Shown: positions 34,601 to 41,826 of the stretch, one piece after another | How the letters are laid out: the number at the start of each line of letters is the position of its first letter | Position numbering within the stretch: position 1 is the first letter of the stretch | Virus record (IMG/VR): IMGVR_UViG_3300009448_000011 | Coordinates: 1 to 64,000 of that record | Strand: one strand, 5' to 3' | DNA length: 64,000 nt | DNA from: a virus | Program-made: the position numbers and the translations under genes | The notes under the pieces: generated by a model | Told to the model about the DNA's origin: nothing | The model's input: only the letters and a program-made list of their open reading frames with translations | Database searches by the model: none

Positions 34601-36358
34601 AGTATTGTTAGAGATAATTCAGTTAAAGGAAATCCTATAGATACTTTTACAGACGATGTATGGGAAACTTTACATTATACGCGGCCTTTAGGTAATGTAG
34701 GTTTTTGGGATAATTTAGCTGCAGGAGGTAAAGGTTTAATAGTTGCCGGCTGTACTTTTTTTGATGTACTAAGTGGTGCAGATGTACTAGGTTCTTATTT
34801 AAGAGTAGCAGAAATACAAAGTAATCCGTACGCGACAGATTTAGATAAAGAAATGGCTAGTAAAGAGTTAGGAAGATCGTTACTAGCTTCGTTAATAGGG
34901 GTAGGACTGGGACTAGCAAGTAATAAATTGTTAGGAATATTTGGTAACGAAAAAGTAAGAAATTTTTTAACTAAACCTAGTAATATAGTGAAGAGTGCTT
35001 TAGGGTTAGTAACAGGAGGGTTAATAGGAGGGGCAGCGTGGAAAAGTATTATTGGACCAGGGTTGGATAAATTAGCCAAAAAAGGTTCTTCTAGTAATAT
35101 AGAAAATAGACTAAATAAAGGATTTGCTGACTTAGGGTTTACTGCAGGAGATTTCTTAGGTAAAGTTGCGAGCGCTCCTGTAATAGGGGCATATAATTTA
35201 GGAAATAAAATTGGAATTGGGAAAGAAGCGGCTTTTTTTACTGGAGGTTTTTCTGGAGGCTTTGTTTTAGGAAGTATAGTTGGAACAGGACTTGCTGCTT
35301 TTGGTTTATCAATAAGTTTACCTGTATTGGCTTTATCTACGGTAGGGGTGGGGTTAGCAGTAGGGGTTGCCGCAATATTTGGGGGCAAACAGATGACTAG
35401 TGGTATGTCATATGCTACTAAAGAATTTATGAAAATTCCTATTATAGGTCAATCTATAGGATTAACAGATCCCTACAGAGCCATAAGAAATCAAGAAAGA
35501 TTTAAACATAATTTTAAAGATAGTCCTTTCTTGTTAGGGTATGTTGGAGATATTGTTAATAGTAATTGGATGCAATTATTGTCTGCTGCAGAAAACCCAG
35601 GAGGCAGAGATACTGTTGCTTTATTATTTGGGGATGTATTGGGTCAAGGAGAAGAATATAATACTGGTTCTGCTTGGAAACAAAATGCAGCAGAGAGTTC
35701 TATAGGAGGCCCCCGACCTATTATTGATGAAGTAATTCAAAATGAATTACGTATTAGAGCGGAAGCTTATTCTGATGCAGTAATTGGGCGTTATAGTTGG
35801 GAGCAAATACTAGCACATGCAGATAATAGTAATGTAATTAAATCACAAGAAGCATTACAAAGAGCTGAAAAAGTTAAGATACAAGAAAAGGCTAGGGCTC
35901 AATTATTAAAAAGTGCTAAAGATGCAGGAGGCCCTACTGCTGCGCTTAAAACAGGTAATTCTAGAACAAGTGCAGTAACTCAACAACAATTAGCAAAAAT
36001 AGAACAAGTATATAATGATTTAGACACATATGGAAAACCTCATGTACAAGTAACTGCTGCAAGTGTAACAACACATAAATCTAAAACAAGTAATTCTGAT
36101 TTAAAAGCAGGAGATAAAGCCAAGGCTCAAACTATTAATCCAGGGGGTACTTTATTAGCCCCCATTACTAAAAATCATGTATATAAAACTAAAGTAGTAA
36201 TTAATAATAAAATGGCAGTAATTAATTTTAATAAAGAACAAGACCCCATGAACCCTATTTTATTAGCACAAGCAGAAGTTATGGGGGCTAATAAAGCAAA
36301 TTCACCTGATGTACAAACACAAGTGAATTCTTATAATGCTTATAAAAATGAAAATTAA
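25664..36358 (+). CDS. Giant (3564 aa) tape-measure/ejection-like virion protein with an N-proximal thermonuclease (SNase) domain
   Basis: IDADTF, VRLEGADSPE, DVYGR, LVREGLA, A..QKIGIF, P.DFRK motifs at about 26300-26810; many Gly/Ala-rich hydrophobic segments; helical Lys/Glu-rich spacers. Confidence 0.7.
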   Translation: MQNISNNSPEVFGPSFKSIETFGPSTKQFEDSKLVDFNNLKATKKDINVLNYNQEAINTSMSNIKTIISKTASIPKDIFSNLSFSNSNSNSNTTSLLSRVSRVPGEAKKILQRQGLEEEQARLVTIGALGSIGVATTIGGGVGLNQLIKNPAPALNVLKTITNSKVGKTGLIGTAAVAGLLLLNSKRGDAAEISQSIYAKDTSFEIDPAEFSSIDADTFYIKNKGKVRLEGADSPELSVYDKVHAKTNREKWEAKRAHEKKLKDVRSDHKRSKVDYNTQDQGNEARAVADKFIKSAQNINLTIESQDVYGRKVVSIANEKGELLSDRLVREGLAFTELPSSEHFDGSDAAYNRYNSMIEAYQQKIGIFAKEDFINPTDFRKGKVDPKIHGFKKRLETEIKSQEFKKQGLANNEYAFILSDEDTYFTLSASLGASAHYGASIESTLMKQAGYDSLANVVPYKGLAESLMEYNNTLLGNEPLSSWERFAAQAYDTGLSAGGVGNWLNRSVFIPKGWGRLYKDEIGALPSIAGIAGKILDESYLYYANMNPDAALLGQDYKSGLRRNVMEDKSGMFQTMFEDTTSFALAMAQSLGMYVAVTQPLEMLSANISKSYIDNTLQSVLLSNTARNGGILPIPKIPIGRIAAEYYFGSNLASYTHKEGGLASAVFEQKILKDTPETPAFFAHNGGEKSGYKVQLMIQRGRAETIMKGIFKPFLMDVINPFNASVSGSMQEPNSPTGARRINSYDQFNLAVDKLIKTISKPVDLDLKFKANESFSFRGIESIQVENISEDIKIAAAKSNKKEIHIKRSALVPVSDFSTLSSVYKSSTNKINTHLIQNNEELFKILTDKNGAALSAEVAHNIMFRNGGKKEALKLVPQIQKNKVDILFERKEQLRIAKQGLSRQLGVHADQLEITTTGTGSRYKTNIAAALQDILEMIPLNPLKWGLFNGSAEYADEFISVGQLFSFRDAADYTERVLTGQTSISAVFKQFEVVTNDVDVHGKRVLFDQNISNKVKARLESVDRILGQVWTNIKSLWAPEPKDTIKIVEFTKQFRKQEVLVLKAAEKAKMEGFRFAHKANTLDPSKASLDMVVGNVDESVDLLDKVLDYSHAVKKDGISLESMNRAIDSAGIRDVTGQLMRNSKRFSGNVRAEGLLQDTKSYFAVAVFMGLALNNMMQSTKGTSIATQVGFALFGEDEDLAVKFEANRFIPTEVLTVALNNAGIGVSQTAVNFVTDSALIAGTYGLGYSVAKRMTTENYLPYTFDIETVQKMAQREAIEIVDKVGRSVDKSIITNMAPGHDSIIKVRKTVSNTDNIHFITETILTRTNEGFKTERILQKYAENVPTRAFMFGAIALLATNALREVAVSTLTAMSESPDDKIYFGMVAGLGLGGLLLGAWADNSYVAKTVKQGKEVAKARGQILDAGKNIFKTKAVTGAIAGAFIGGAFWMVNSALDPDVKQKGSLDPLIAGVGLGIGAGIFKSSAGLGLGVGIVAASVMSALNWAGIRVTKIGRGGKELDPESTKLVAQLSSYSSAVLEKENNDNTFSVGMSAYAAQFGGTKTLATNIASVGETQVIAKQSPLPILQFFVAEKIEGRRGEVKERTGPDSERTIRKYSLGIQSGAILGTSLSVELPIAYTPGEGFFGFTYNSENNLMAVPNFAIKVGVWAAAATAGVGIVYNTAGWMSKQVYNLTGAQMFNAASANFNQAAGDLFSASRFVMNASEKITSFFIRTSVSIFSTLQGTDAQMAYELFKNSVPRATQAADMLREFSTAELSVMSPGETAKLNTLDNVDGAKGLWGEIKEGGKLRYADQIKYLAIGAFLGGVAGSLTSDVVKHFKLKSSIAANESQETLLKIEDQEERRKAIYLAIGGSAGGILNLNIRSSIPLIKSFSRNPSTTVIEFLKSKNTHAASMAEDIERTMTKVGSNMSNNKYVSIVLNNKITKFVFKNSALLSKNKLGGIFFAATIYNYAKTSSEFGIAQMMDRHIVYDNKGNAYDDYNLNTKGNFLHHAGVAGILGLGTTGIASITISPNRNQRQTLINFAQKELANIQGIKTTGVLNKIKVQGTNILFSVSRWASDKESTTLLKSLLNLNNEFKDYEEYLEGVRGNPAAKLPTHLEKVEDVLKLRHALGKEELQEFIALQNQKAKGLPFATEEESTYKKFLTNIDEKLTQVNGKGISKLNNLDKGFQRISSLTSFSKRATAFLVVGYLVKLGITTVGNQGGEIGKDSYLDRLYNKANQVGKIGQRRQDGSIVGLEGFISIGADALRIITGRDIADLNTVVSSLDGKMIKSTGQKLRTNAKGIADLQKGVKDLSEMLIVDNPNAYLATFDFGGRTLRNDDKGLTSSSYFQLQGPGQDISTATYSMASKFIFSQYTGGRGRLSGIIDKGLATFDKNNPDTWDVATVNIRNATSMMDAMKNARQYSRDTSAALAGDSLANMILSLRQEALAHIAWQPTDSLYTNMFWENYEKLKVRKNPSNVNKFLNKLARSEKSVLNEFAKLMEEGIFENFFTKSAITNVIFFTGSGKQPPQRGNAQFMSTDISQLWYQTQDLSVQAEMFKQSRIELYDQYFDKVIMPLSSSGIFAIIPEWMKIAGISFTVIGVSAVIVNSIATITENKTFNQSTSELLDIFGRVENTIGPKMKAYPNDTKKIIKELKEHIAQGQKYNWNVDGHIAKGSSIVPGSNSVIGLLNIGQEGKALHVRFEINPYFEALDVKDSNIFINTLETKGEHLRNLFTYVEDTLDESNKTIGRTRKSIASSLLDHREVQKWFNKNSTGNIIESVYDIFTTTHTIISKSEFIGSAVTNFQDKFKQGLDRLFDLNDMNKVNHHLLQTVMVNGEEMLVAELLDPDFHTSGISNADEFGPATSLESRKQVYIQKYQEAKLKFQKEVQEIVEQEYSKIAFKGKGSTLIDDTAQIAEANRKALMAIKTKMVDPSSSIGAVVKGAGIIQATTLLDQQATISEATKGSQRKSNKSIVRDNSVKGNPIDTFTDDVWETLHYTRPLGNVGFWDNLAAGGKGLIVAGCTFFDVLSGADVLGSYLRVAEIQSNPYATDLDKEMASKELGRSLLASLIGVGLGLASNKLLGIFGNEKVRNFLTKPSNIVKSALGLVTGGLIGGAAWKSIIGPGLDKLAKKGSSSNIENRLNKGFADLGFTAGDFLGKVASAPVIGAYNLGNKIGIGKEAAFFTGGFSGGFVLGSIVGTGLAAFGLSISLPVLALSTVGVGLAVGVAAIFGGKQMTSGMSYATKEFMKIPIIGQSIGLTDPYRAIRNQERFKHNFKDSPFLLGYVGDIVNSNWMQLLSAAENPGGRDTVALLFGDVLGQGEEYNTGSAWKQNAAESSIGGPRPIIDEVIQNELRIRAEAYSDAVIGRYSWEQILAHADNSNVIKSQEALQRAEKVKIQEKARAQLLKSAKDAGGPTAALKTGNSRTSAVTQQQLAKIEQVYNDLDTYGKPHVQVTAASVTTHKSKTSNSDLKAGDKAKAQTINPGGTLLAPITKNHVYKTKVVINNKMAVINFNKEQDPMNPILLAQAEVMGANKANSPDVQTQVNSYNAYKNEN

Positions 36359-37044
36359 GTGGGGGGCAATAAAGCATTAAATAGTGCTTTATCTTGTTCT
36401 AATTTTTGTATGATTACTTGAGCAGTATTTGGATCAATAGTTCTAATAGTATCAATTACTAAATATTTAAACTCGTCTAATTTTTGCTGTTGATTTACAG
36501 TTTTAAGTATTTCTTTAGCATCTCGTGTCAAAGTTCTAATATCTTTTAATACTTCTAGTATTACTTGTTCTCTAGTAGTTTTACCTTTAAAGAACTCTTC
36601 TTTATTAGTGCTTCTAATTTCTTCTAAATGATCTTGTAATTGTTCAAAAATAATTTGCATTCGTTCTTGAACATTAAAAATATTTCCATAATTTTTAACT
36701 TTCCTAGTATGCATAATATTAGAATAATTATCATACCAATATTTCAATTCATCTATGGTAATACCTTGCCCACTAATAATACTTAAACTTTGCGCGGTAT
36801 CTTTTAATGAAACTCCTGAATTAGCAAATTTAACTGCATGTTCTGATAAACCAAATCTATCTATTTTATGTTCTTCTATTTTTATATAGTAATCTTCATT
36901 TTCTTGCAAACTACCTATAATAAGAGCAAAACTTTCTTCTAAATCTGAAAATTCTTTTATTCCAAAAACGCCCGTATTAACAATAGCTTCTTTTAATTTT
37001 AATTGAAAATCTAGTAGATATGGTTTTAGTTTTACTTCAATCAT
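36355..37044 (-). CDS. Hypothetical helical protein, possibly small-terminase-like DNA-binding protein
   Basis: HTH-like segment followed by coiled coil; the functional call is weak. Confidence 0.4.
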   Translation of the reverse strand: MIEVKLKPYLLDFQLKLKEAIVNTGVFGIKEFSDLEESFALIIGSLQENEDYYIKIEEHKIDRFGLSEHAVKFANSGVSLKDTAQSLSIISGQGITIDELKYWYDNYSNIMHTRKVKNYGNIFNVQERMQIIFEQLQDHLEEIRSTNKEEFFKGKTTREQVILEVLKDIRTLTRDAKEILKTVNQQQKLDEFKYLVIDTIRTIDPNTAQVIIQKLEQDKALFNALLPPT

Positions 37045-37426
37045 TTTCGTTATAAGTATCTTGATATATAATATCTACTCCATCTAATTTTTCAATTAAA
37101 GGAATTTCATTATTATACGAAGTACCGTGCATTAGCCAATTTTGTAAGATATACATTGCTTTATCCCATTGTCTTTTTAATGTACTACTATCCAGAAACA
37201 ATGATTGCGCAATATCAGACCTACTTCTATTTGTCATATATCTATACGTAAGTAATCTATGCAAAGTAGGATCTGTTGTTTTTAATTTTATTAACGCTTC
37301 TTTTACTTGTTCGTAACTAAATACTTGATCAATTTCTTCTGTACAACATCTATATTCTTTTTTCCAAGGAAATTCAACCCTTAAATAAATAGTTAATAAC
37401 CTTAATCCTGGATGACTTCTTGCCAT
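37037..37426 (-). CDS. Sigma-70 region-4-like HTH transcription regulator
   Basis: LLTYRY...SRSDIAQSLFLDSSTLKRQWDKA HTH pattern. Confidence 0.6.
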   Translation of the reverse strand: MARSHPGLRLLTIYLRVEFPWKKEYRCCTEEIDQVFSYEQVKEALIKLKTTDPTLHRLLTYRYMTNRSRSDIAQSLFLDSSTLKRQWDKAMYILQNWLMHGTSYNNEIPLIEKLDGVDIIYQDTYNEND

Positions 37427-37471
37427 ATTGTTAATATATATATATATATACGCTAAATTTAATACATGTGT

Positions 37472-37500
37472 ATATTAACAATAAATAGGCAAAATGTCAA
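37472..37500 (-). promoter_or_regulatory. Sigma70-type promoter for the HTH regulator
   Basis: TTGACA-17 nt-TAATAT with extended TG, on - strand. Confidence 0.55.
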
Positions 37501-37509
37501 ATAAAATAT

Positions 37510-38646
37510 TTAAAATGAGACAAGAAAATCATCAGAAAAAGAATGTCGAGTAGAAAATTCGTAGGATTGGGGCCAACAATTTTTAAGAAAAGGACAAGGA
37601 GCATTAAAGCTATTTAAACAAGCAGAATATCTAGAATCAGGATAATGTTTAACAAAGTTATTATTAATAATATTGTTGATAACAGTATTAAAACCTTTTA
37701 TTACTTCTGTCTGTAATTCTTTATCCACAGGAACTAAGACTAAATCATTTTTTAACAAAGATAAAATACCAATATATTCAATAGGTTGTTGTAAAACATA
37801 TTCTGCTCCTGCGGCATATAACAGTAATTGTTGATTATGTTGTACAATACTTTTATTAAAAGTTTCTTTAGATGTTTTATAGTCTATTACAGCAGTAACT
37901 AATTGACCATTTACTTGCACTTTAGAAATATTATCAATAAATCCATTTAAATATATATTTGGATGTGTGCAATCAGGAAAAGGAACTGGATTTATTAAAG
38001 TGTTAGTTTTTTTATCCCAATTACTAAGGGGCAATTCTAAATGTAAAATATCTTTAAATTCTTCAGGAGTGCTGTACTTAGAAGCTAGTTTAAATGATTT
38101 AGAAAACACATCAGTAATGGAAACTAATTCTAGTCCATTTTTACCACTTTGAATAGTGTAATCAATTAGTTCTTTTCTATCTGCTAATCGTAATCTTTTA
38201 ACTTCAGATTTCCAAATTCCTGTTTGTTCAGGAACTTTAGGTACTTCTCCTTTTCCTGTGCGAATAGCGTCTACTCCTCTATAACGAAACGAAGCTCTTA
38301 AATATAAATTAGAAATATCTTCATGATATTCTAATAATTCTCCTAATATACTTTCAATAGAAACAATACCTATTTTACCAAATTCAGTAGAAAGTATTTT
38401 AAAAAAAGCATCTTGGGCATTGTTAACTTCAGGATCTTCTACTCCATATAAATATTCAAGAGTAGCATGCATTAATGTTCCTGTTAAAGTAGCAGTACTT
38501 TGATTATATACATCTAATTTATCTACATACTTTAATTTAAACATTTGAGAACACTCTTTATATGTTTTAATTTTACTAACTGAAAATGTTCTATAATCAT
38601 TCTGCGAAGTATACTGAGATGTTTCAGTTATTTTATTAGATTTCAT
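37510..38646 (-). CDS. Cas4/RecB-like PD-(D/E)XK exonuclease
   Basis: SVSKIKTYKEC, GTLMHATLE, GFIDNI, IDYKTS, QLLLYA, C-terminal C...CPF...C. Confidence 0.85.
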   Translation of the reverse strand: MKSNKITETSQYTSQNDYRTFSVSKIKTYKECSQMFKLKYVDKLDVYNQSTATLTGTLMHATLEYLYGVEDPEVNNAQDAFFKILSTEFGKIGIVSIESILGELLEYHEDISNLYLRASFRYRGVDAIRTGKGEVPKVPEQTGIWKSEVKRLRLADRKELIDYTIQSGKNGLELVSITDVFSKSFKLASKYSTPEEFKDILHLELPLSNWDKKTNTLINPVPFPDCTHPNIYLNGFIDNISKVQVNGQLVTAVIDYKTSKETFNKSIVQHNQQLLLYAAGAEYVLQQPIEYIGILSLLKNDLVLVPVDKELQTEVIKGFNTVINNIINNNFVKHYPDSRYSACLNSFNAPCPFLKNCWPQSYEFSTRHSFSDDFLVSF

Positions 38647-38666
38647 TGGTGTTAATTAAGTTATTT

Positions 38667-39200
38667 TTAGTGCGATTTTTTCAAACTAAGACCGTAGGCA
38701 GCTATACAAATAGCATCTGCTAATCCATCACTAGGTTTAGTTTGTCTTTTACTAGTAAATAAATAACTATTACCGTATGTTTGTTCTACATAGGCAATAG
38801 CAGGTAATTTAGTTTTTTTATAATTATAAGGATTTATATCATCAGGATTTACTTTTTTAAAAATAGAAGTCTGCCAATCTTGTGCATTAATTTCTTGTAA
38901 ATTATCACACTGCGCAAAACATAATCCGTGTAATAATCCAAATTGATACATTGTTTTACTACCACTAGACATTCCTTGACTTCTTAAAATAAACTGTCTT
39001 TCTATATAAATACCTTCTACAATTTCTACATTATTGGAAGTATATTTTGTTATAAACTCATACACAATTTTTAAATCTATATAATTTCCTTTTCGATGGG
39101 GTCTAGTGCATAACGGCATTTTTATTATATCCACTATTCCTGTTGGATTAAGAACACAAATCCCGCCATTCAATCCAGGGTCAATACCTATAATATTCAT
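38667..39200 (-). CDS. ruvC: RuvC-like Holliday junction resolvase
   Basis: IIGIDPG, IERQ, DGLADAICIA. Confidence 0.85.
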   Translation of the reverse strand: MNIIGIDPGLNGGICVLNPTGIVDIIKMPLCTRPHRKGNYIDLKIVYEFITKYTSNNVEIVEGIYIERQFILRSQGMSSGSKTMYQFGLLHGLCFAQCDNLQEINAQDWQTSIFKKVNPDDINPYNYKKTKLPAIAYVEQTYGNSYLFTSKRQTKPSDGLADAICIAAYGLSLKKSH

Positions 39201-39233
39201 ACGATATAAAAAAAACTATATTAATATTATAGT

Positions 39234-39590
39234 TTAATATCTTTTACGAGATTTAATTAAAAAATCCCAATAACAAGTAATTAAATAAAATTCTTGATCT
39301 ATCCAATTACCTATAATAGTTAATCCTCGTAATTTATTGGAATATTTTTCATAAGATGTATTTAATAAATTACGATCTAATAATGTATATCTTATGTCTT
39401 GATAACTATATTTTTTAGTCCCATAGTTTAAAGTAAGCAACATCATATTAGTAGTAATTGCTCTTTGTTGTTGTTTTCTTTCAACATGTAGAACATCTTT
39501 TTCATTACTAACTATATGAAGTTGCTTAATTAAAATAGAGTTATCATTAGCAATAAGAGAGTCTAATTGCTTAATGTTTCTCATGATCAT
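39234..39590 (-). CDS. Hypothetical protein
   Basis: 118-aa ORF in operon. Confidence 0.55.
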   Translation of the reverse strand: MIMRNIKQLDSLIANDNSILIKQLHIVSNEKDVLHVERKQQQRAITTNMMLLTLNYGTKKYSYQDIRYTLLDRNLLNTSYEKYSNKLRGLTIIGNWIDQEFYLITCYWDFLIKSRKRY

Positions 39591-39955
39591 TTACCTAAAC
39601 TAATAAACTCTTCAAATAATACAATGTCATCTTTAAAATAAGTCTCATATAACTCTAATTTAAAACTTTTATAGTTAGTAAGTCTGAAAGGCATATCTAA
39701 AAATTGAATTACTGCTTCATTATCATAAGCAAGTTTTTCTTTCTCACTAAATTGTGTTCCTAACCCTAACATTATAAATAAAGCGTTAACTATTCTAATG
39801 TTATTAACATAAGTGTTTAGTTCATAGTCATCTTCTAAATTTACTGCATGAGAAGCTAAACGATAATCAATTAATTTAATTATAAAGTTTAAATCTAAAT
39901 TATGGTCTGCTGCAAATTGAACTATATCTTTTATTAATAAGTTTACTAAATTCAT
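39587..39955 (-). CDS. Hypothetical protein
   Basis: 122-aa ORF, coupled. Confidence 0.55.
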   Translation of the reverse strand: MNLVNLLIKDIVQFAADHNLDLNFIIKLIDYRLASHAVNLEDDYELNTYVNNIRIVNALFIMLGLGTQFSEKEKLAYDNEAVIQFLDMPFRLTNYKSFKLELYETYFKDDIVLFEEFISLGK

Positions 39956-40572
39956 GAATTTTTATTTTTAAGTATATTATTTAAATCAATTAATTCTCTC
40001 AAAAACCAAGCAGGTTTAGGTTCAATATTTTTACATAAAGAAATACAATTACTTAATATATAATTAGAAGGTAAAAATTTAAAAGTACATATTAAATCTT
40101 TATGCGCATTAATATTTTTTTCTAGTTCTATATAATTTACTTTATGTATATAATGATTAGATCTTCTTATTAAATATTGTTTACGATAAAAACACGCACA
40201 TAATACTGTTAATTTTTCATCCCATGTTTCTGGAATGGTTATTTTATTAATCTTTAACGGTCGATGTTTTGTAAGGGATACTGATTTGTAATAACTCATT
40301 ATTTTAGATTCTGCTTCCAAAATAGAATAAGAACCTTTACTATTTATAGTAGTTGCAGGTATAGAAATCATACTAAATCTAGTTTTTAAAAGATAATCAT
40401 ATTCGCTTAAATTAGAAGGAATTTCATTAAAATTAAAAGGAGCGGGATCTAATAACACAGAAGGAATAATTTCTTTATTTAATTTGTAAAAATTATGTAA
40501 AAACCCTACAGTAATCCAAGGTCCTATTAACGCACTAGAAGGTCCTTTAAACGTATATAAATTTAATTTCAT
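39952..40572 (-). CDS. Hypothetical protein
   Basis: 206-aa ORF, coupled. Confidence 0.55.
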   Translation of the reverse strand: MKLNLYTFKGPSSALIGPWITVGFLHNFYKLNKEIIPSVLLDPAPFNFNEIPSNLSEYDYLLKTRFSMISIPATTINSKGSYSILEAESKIMSYYKSVSLTKHRPLKINKITIPETWDEKLTVLCACFYRKQYLIRRSNHYIHKVNYIELEKNINAHKDLICTFKFLPSNYILSNCISLCKNIEPKPAWFLRELIDLNNILKNKNS

Positions 40573-41822
40573 TAGTCTCCGAGTATTTTTAAAACATATT
40601 GTAATGGGGTTAGATCCGCAGGAATAAATTTTTCTAAGTGAATAAAGCCTCTATTAGTTGCATTAATAAGTTTGGCTGCCGTTTTATGATAAGTCATATC
40701 TCCTTTATGTAGTTCTATATAGTGTTCAACAATATCTTTAGATAGACTATTTAGTTCTCTTATTAAGTTGGAAGAATTACATTCTAAATAAAGATAAAAA
40801 TCATTAATATCCTTAACTAAATTGTTATTAAAAGATAAGCCTTCTGGGACCATGACTGTTTTGATCAGCACTTCTTTACCTAAATACAATTGTAGACTTA
40901 CTAGTTGTTCTAGTACAATTCTCCACGATTTAAATTGACCTGGAAAATGGGGATGATCTACCTCAAACCTATCATTATCAAACACAGCAATAATTGTATT
41001 AAAATCTTGAATTTTATTACTTTGTTTAAGTATTTTAGCTAAGCCCATTAATCCCACTACATTGCATCCACTTTGTTTTAATATATACGCATCCCCTACC
41101 CCTTCTACTAAAAATAAAACTTTTTTATTATTTTTATATAACTGTATATGTTTTTCAAATAATAAATAATCCTTGCATGAATTAATTATCGGTATTGCTT
41201 TAGTATCTAAGTATTTATACTCAGTACATTCTCCTGGAAAAAAACGACCAGTCAAATGTACTAAATGTCCTTGTAAATTATAAACAGGAAAGATTATACG
41301 ATTAAAAAGAAACTCACCTGTAGTATTAGCAAGGTTATGGCGTCTAAGAGCATTTATATTTATAGAATAATCTTTTAATACATTATTAGTAGGAGCATAT
41401 CCTATTTCTTCTTGTTTAATAAAGTCAGGGGTAAATCCTCTACTAAATAAATAATCTTGTGCTTTAGAATCTTTATTTAATTCATTATTATACGCACTAA
41501 GTACAGAAGAAAGAAATTCTGTACGTGTAGTATAAAATTCTTGCTGAACTTCAATATCAATATTACCTATATTTTCTAAAAACAACAGCGCTTCGTAAAA
41601 AGAACACTGTTTTATTTTTTGATAAATAGAAAGTTTATCTCCTTTAACATTACATTTAGAACTAAAACATTTAAAGTAATATTCATATAAGTACCCTTTA
41701 TTTTTAGAAAAACAAAACGGACAATCTACTGTACCTTTATTTTTATTAAATCCAATATTTAACTCCATCCAGCTATTACTTTCTCTTGCTAATTCAATTC
41801 TATTTAAAAATAAGGAATCCAT
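40572..41822 (-). CDS. dnaG: DnaG-type DNA primase
   Basis: Zn finger CPFC...KCFSSKC, YLFSRG, IGYAP, RIIFPV, GR, KY, TOPRIM VEGVGD, FDND, KDIND. Confidence 0.9.
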   Translation of the reverse strand: MDSLFLNRIELARESNSWMELNIGFNKNKGTVDCPFCFSKNKGYLYEYYFKCFSSKCNVKGDKLSIYQKIKQCSFYEALLFLENIGNIDIEVQQEFYTTRTEFLSSVLSAYNNELNKDSKAQDYLFSRGFTPDFIKQEEIGYAPTNNVLKDYSININALRRHNLANTTGEFLFNRIIFPVYNLQGHLVHLTGRFFPGECTEYKYLDTKAIPIINSCKDYLLFEKHIQLYKNNKKVLFLVEGVGDAYILKQSGCNVVGLMGLAKILKQSNKIQDFNTIIAVFDNDRFEVDHPHFPGQFKSWRIVLEQLVSLQLYLGKEVLIKTVMVPEGLSFNNNLVKDINDFYLYLECNSSNLIRELNSLSKDIVEHYIELHKGDMTYHKTAAKLINATNRGFIHLEKFIPADLTPLQYVLKILGD

Positions 41823-41826
41823 ATTT

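Noticed and set aside
34795-35388. 197-aa - strand ORF and other short antisense ORFs in the giant gene
   Set aside because: Shadows of Gly/Ala-rich codons on the coding strand
37510-38646. Cas4-like gene as part of a CRISPR system
   Set aside because: No repeat-spacer array or other cas genes seen; stand-alone Cas4/RecB-like nucleases are common in phages
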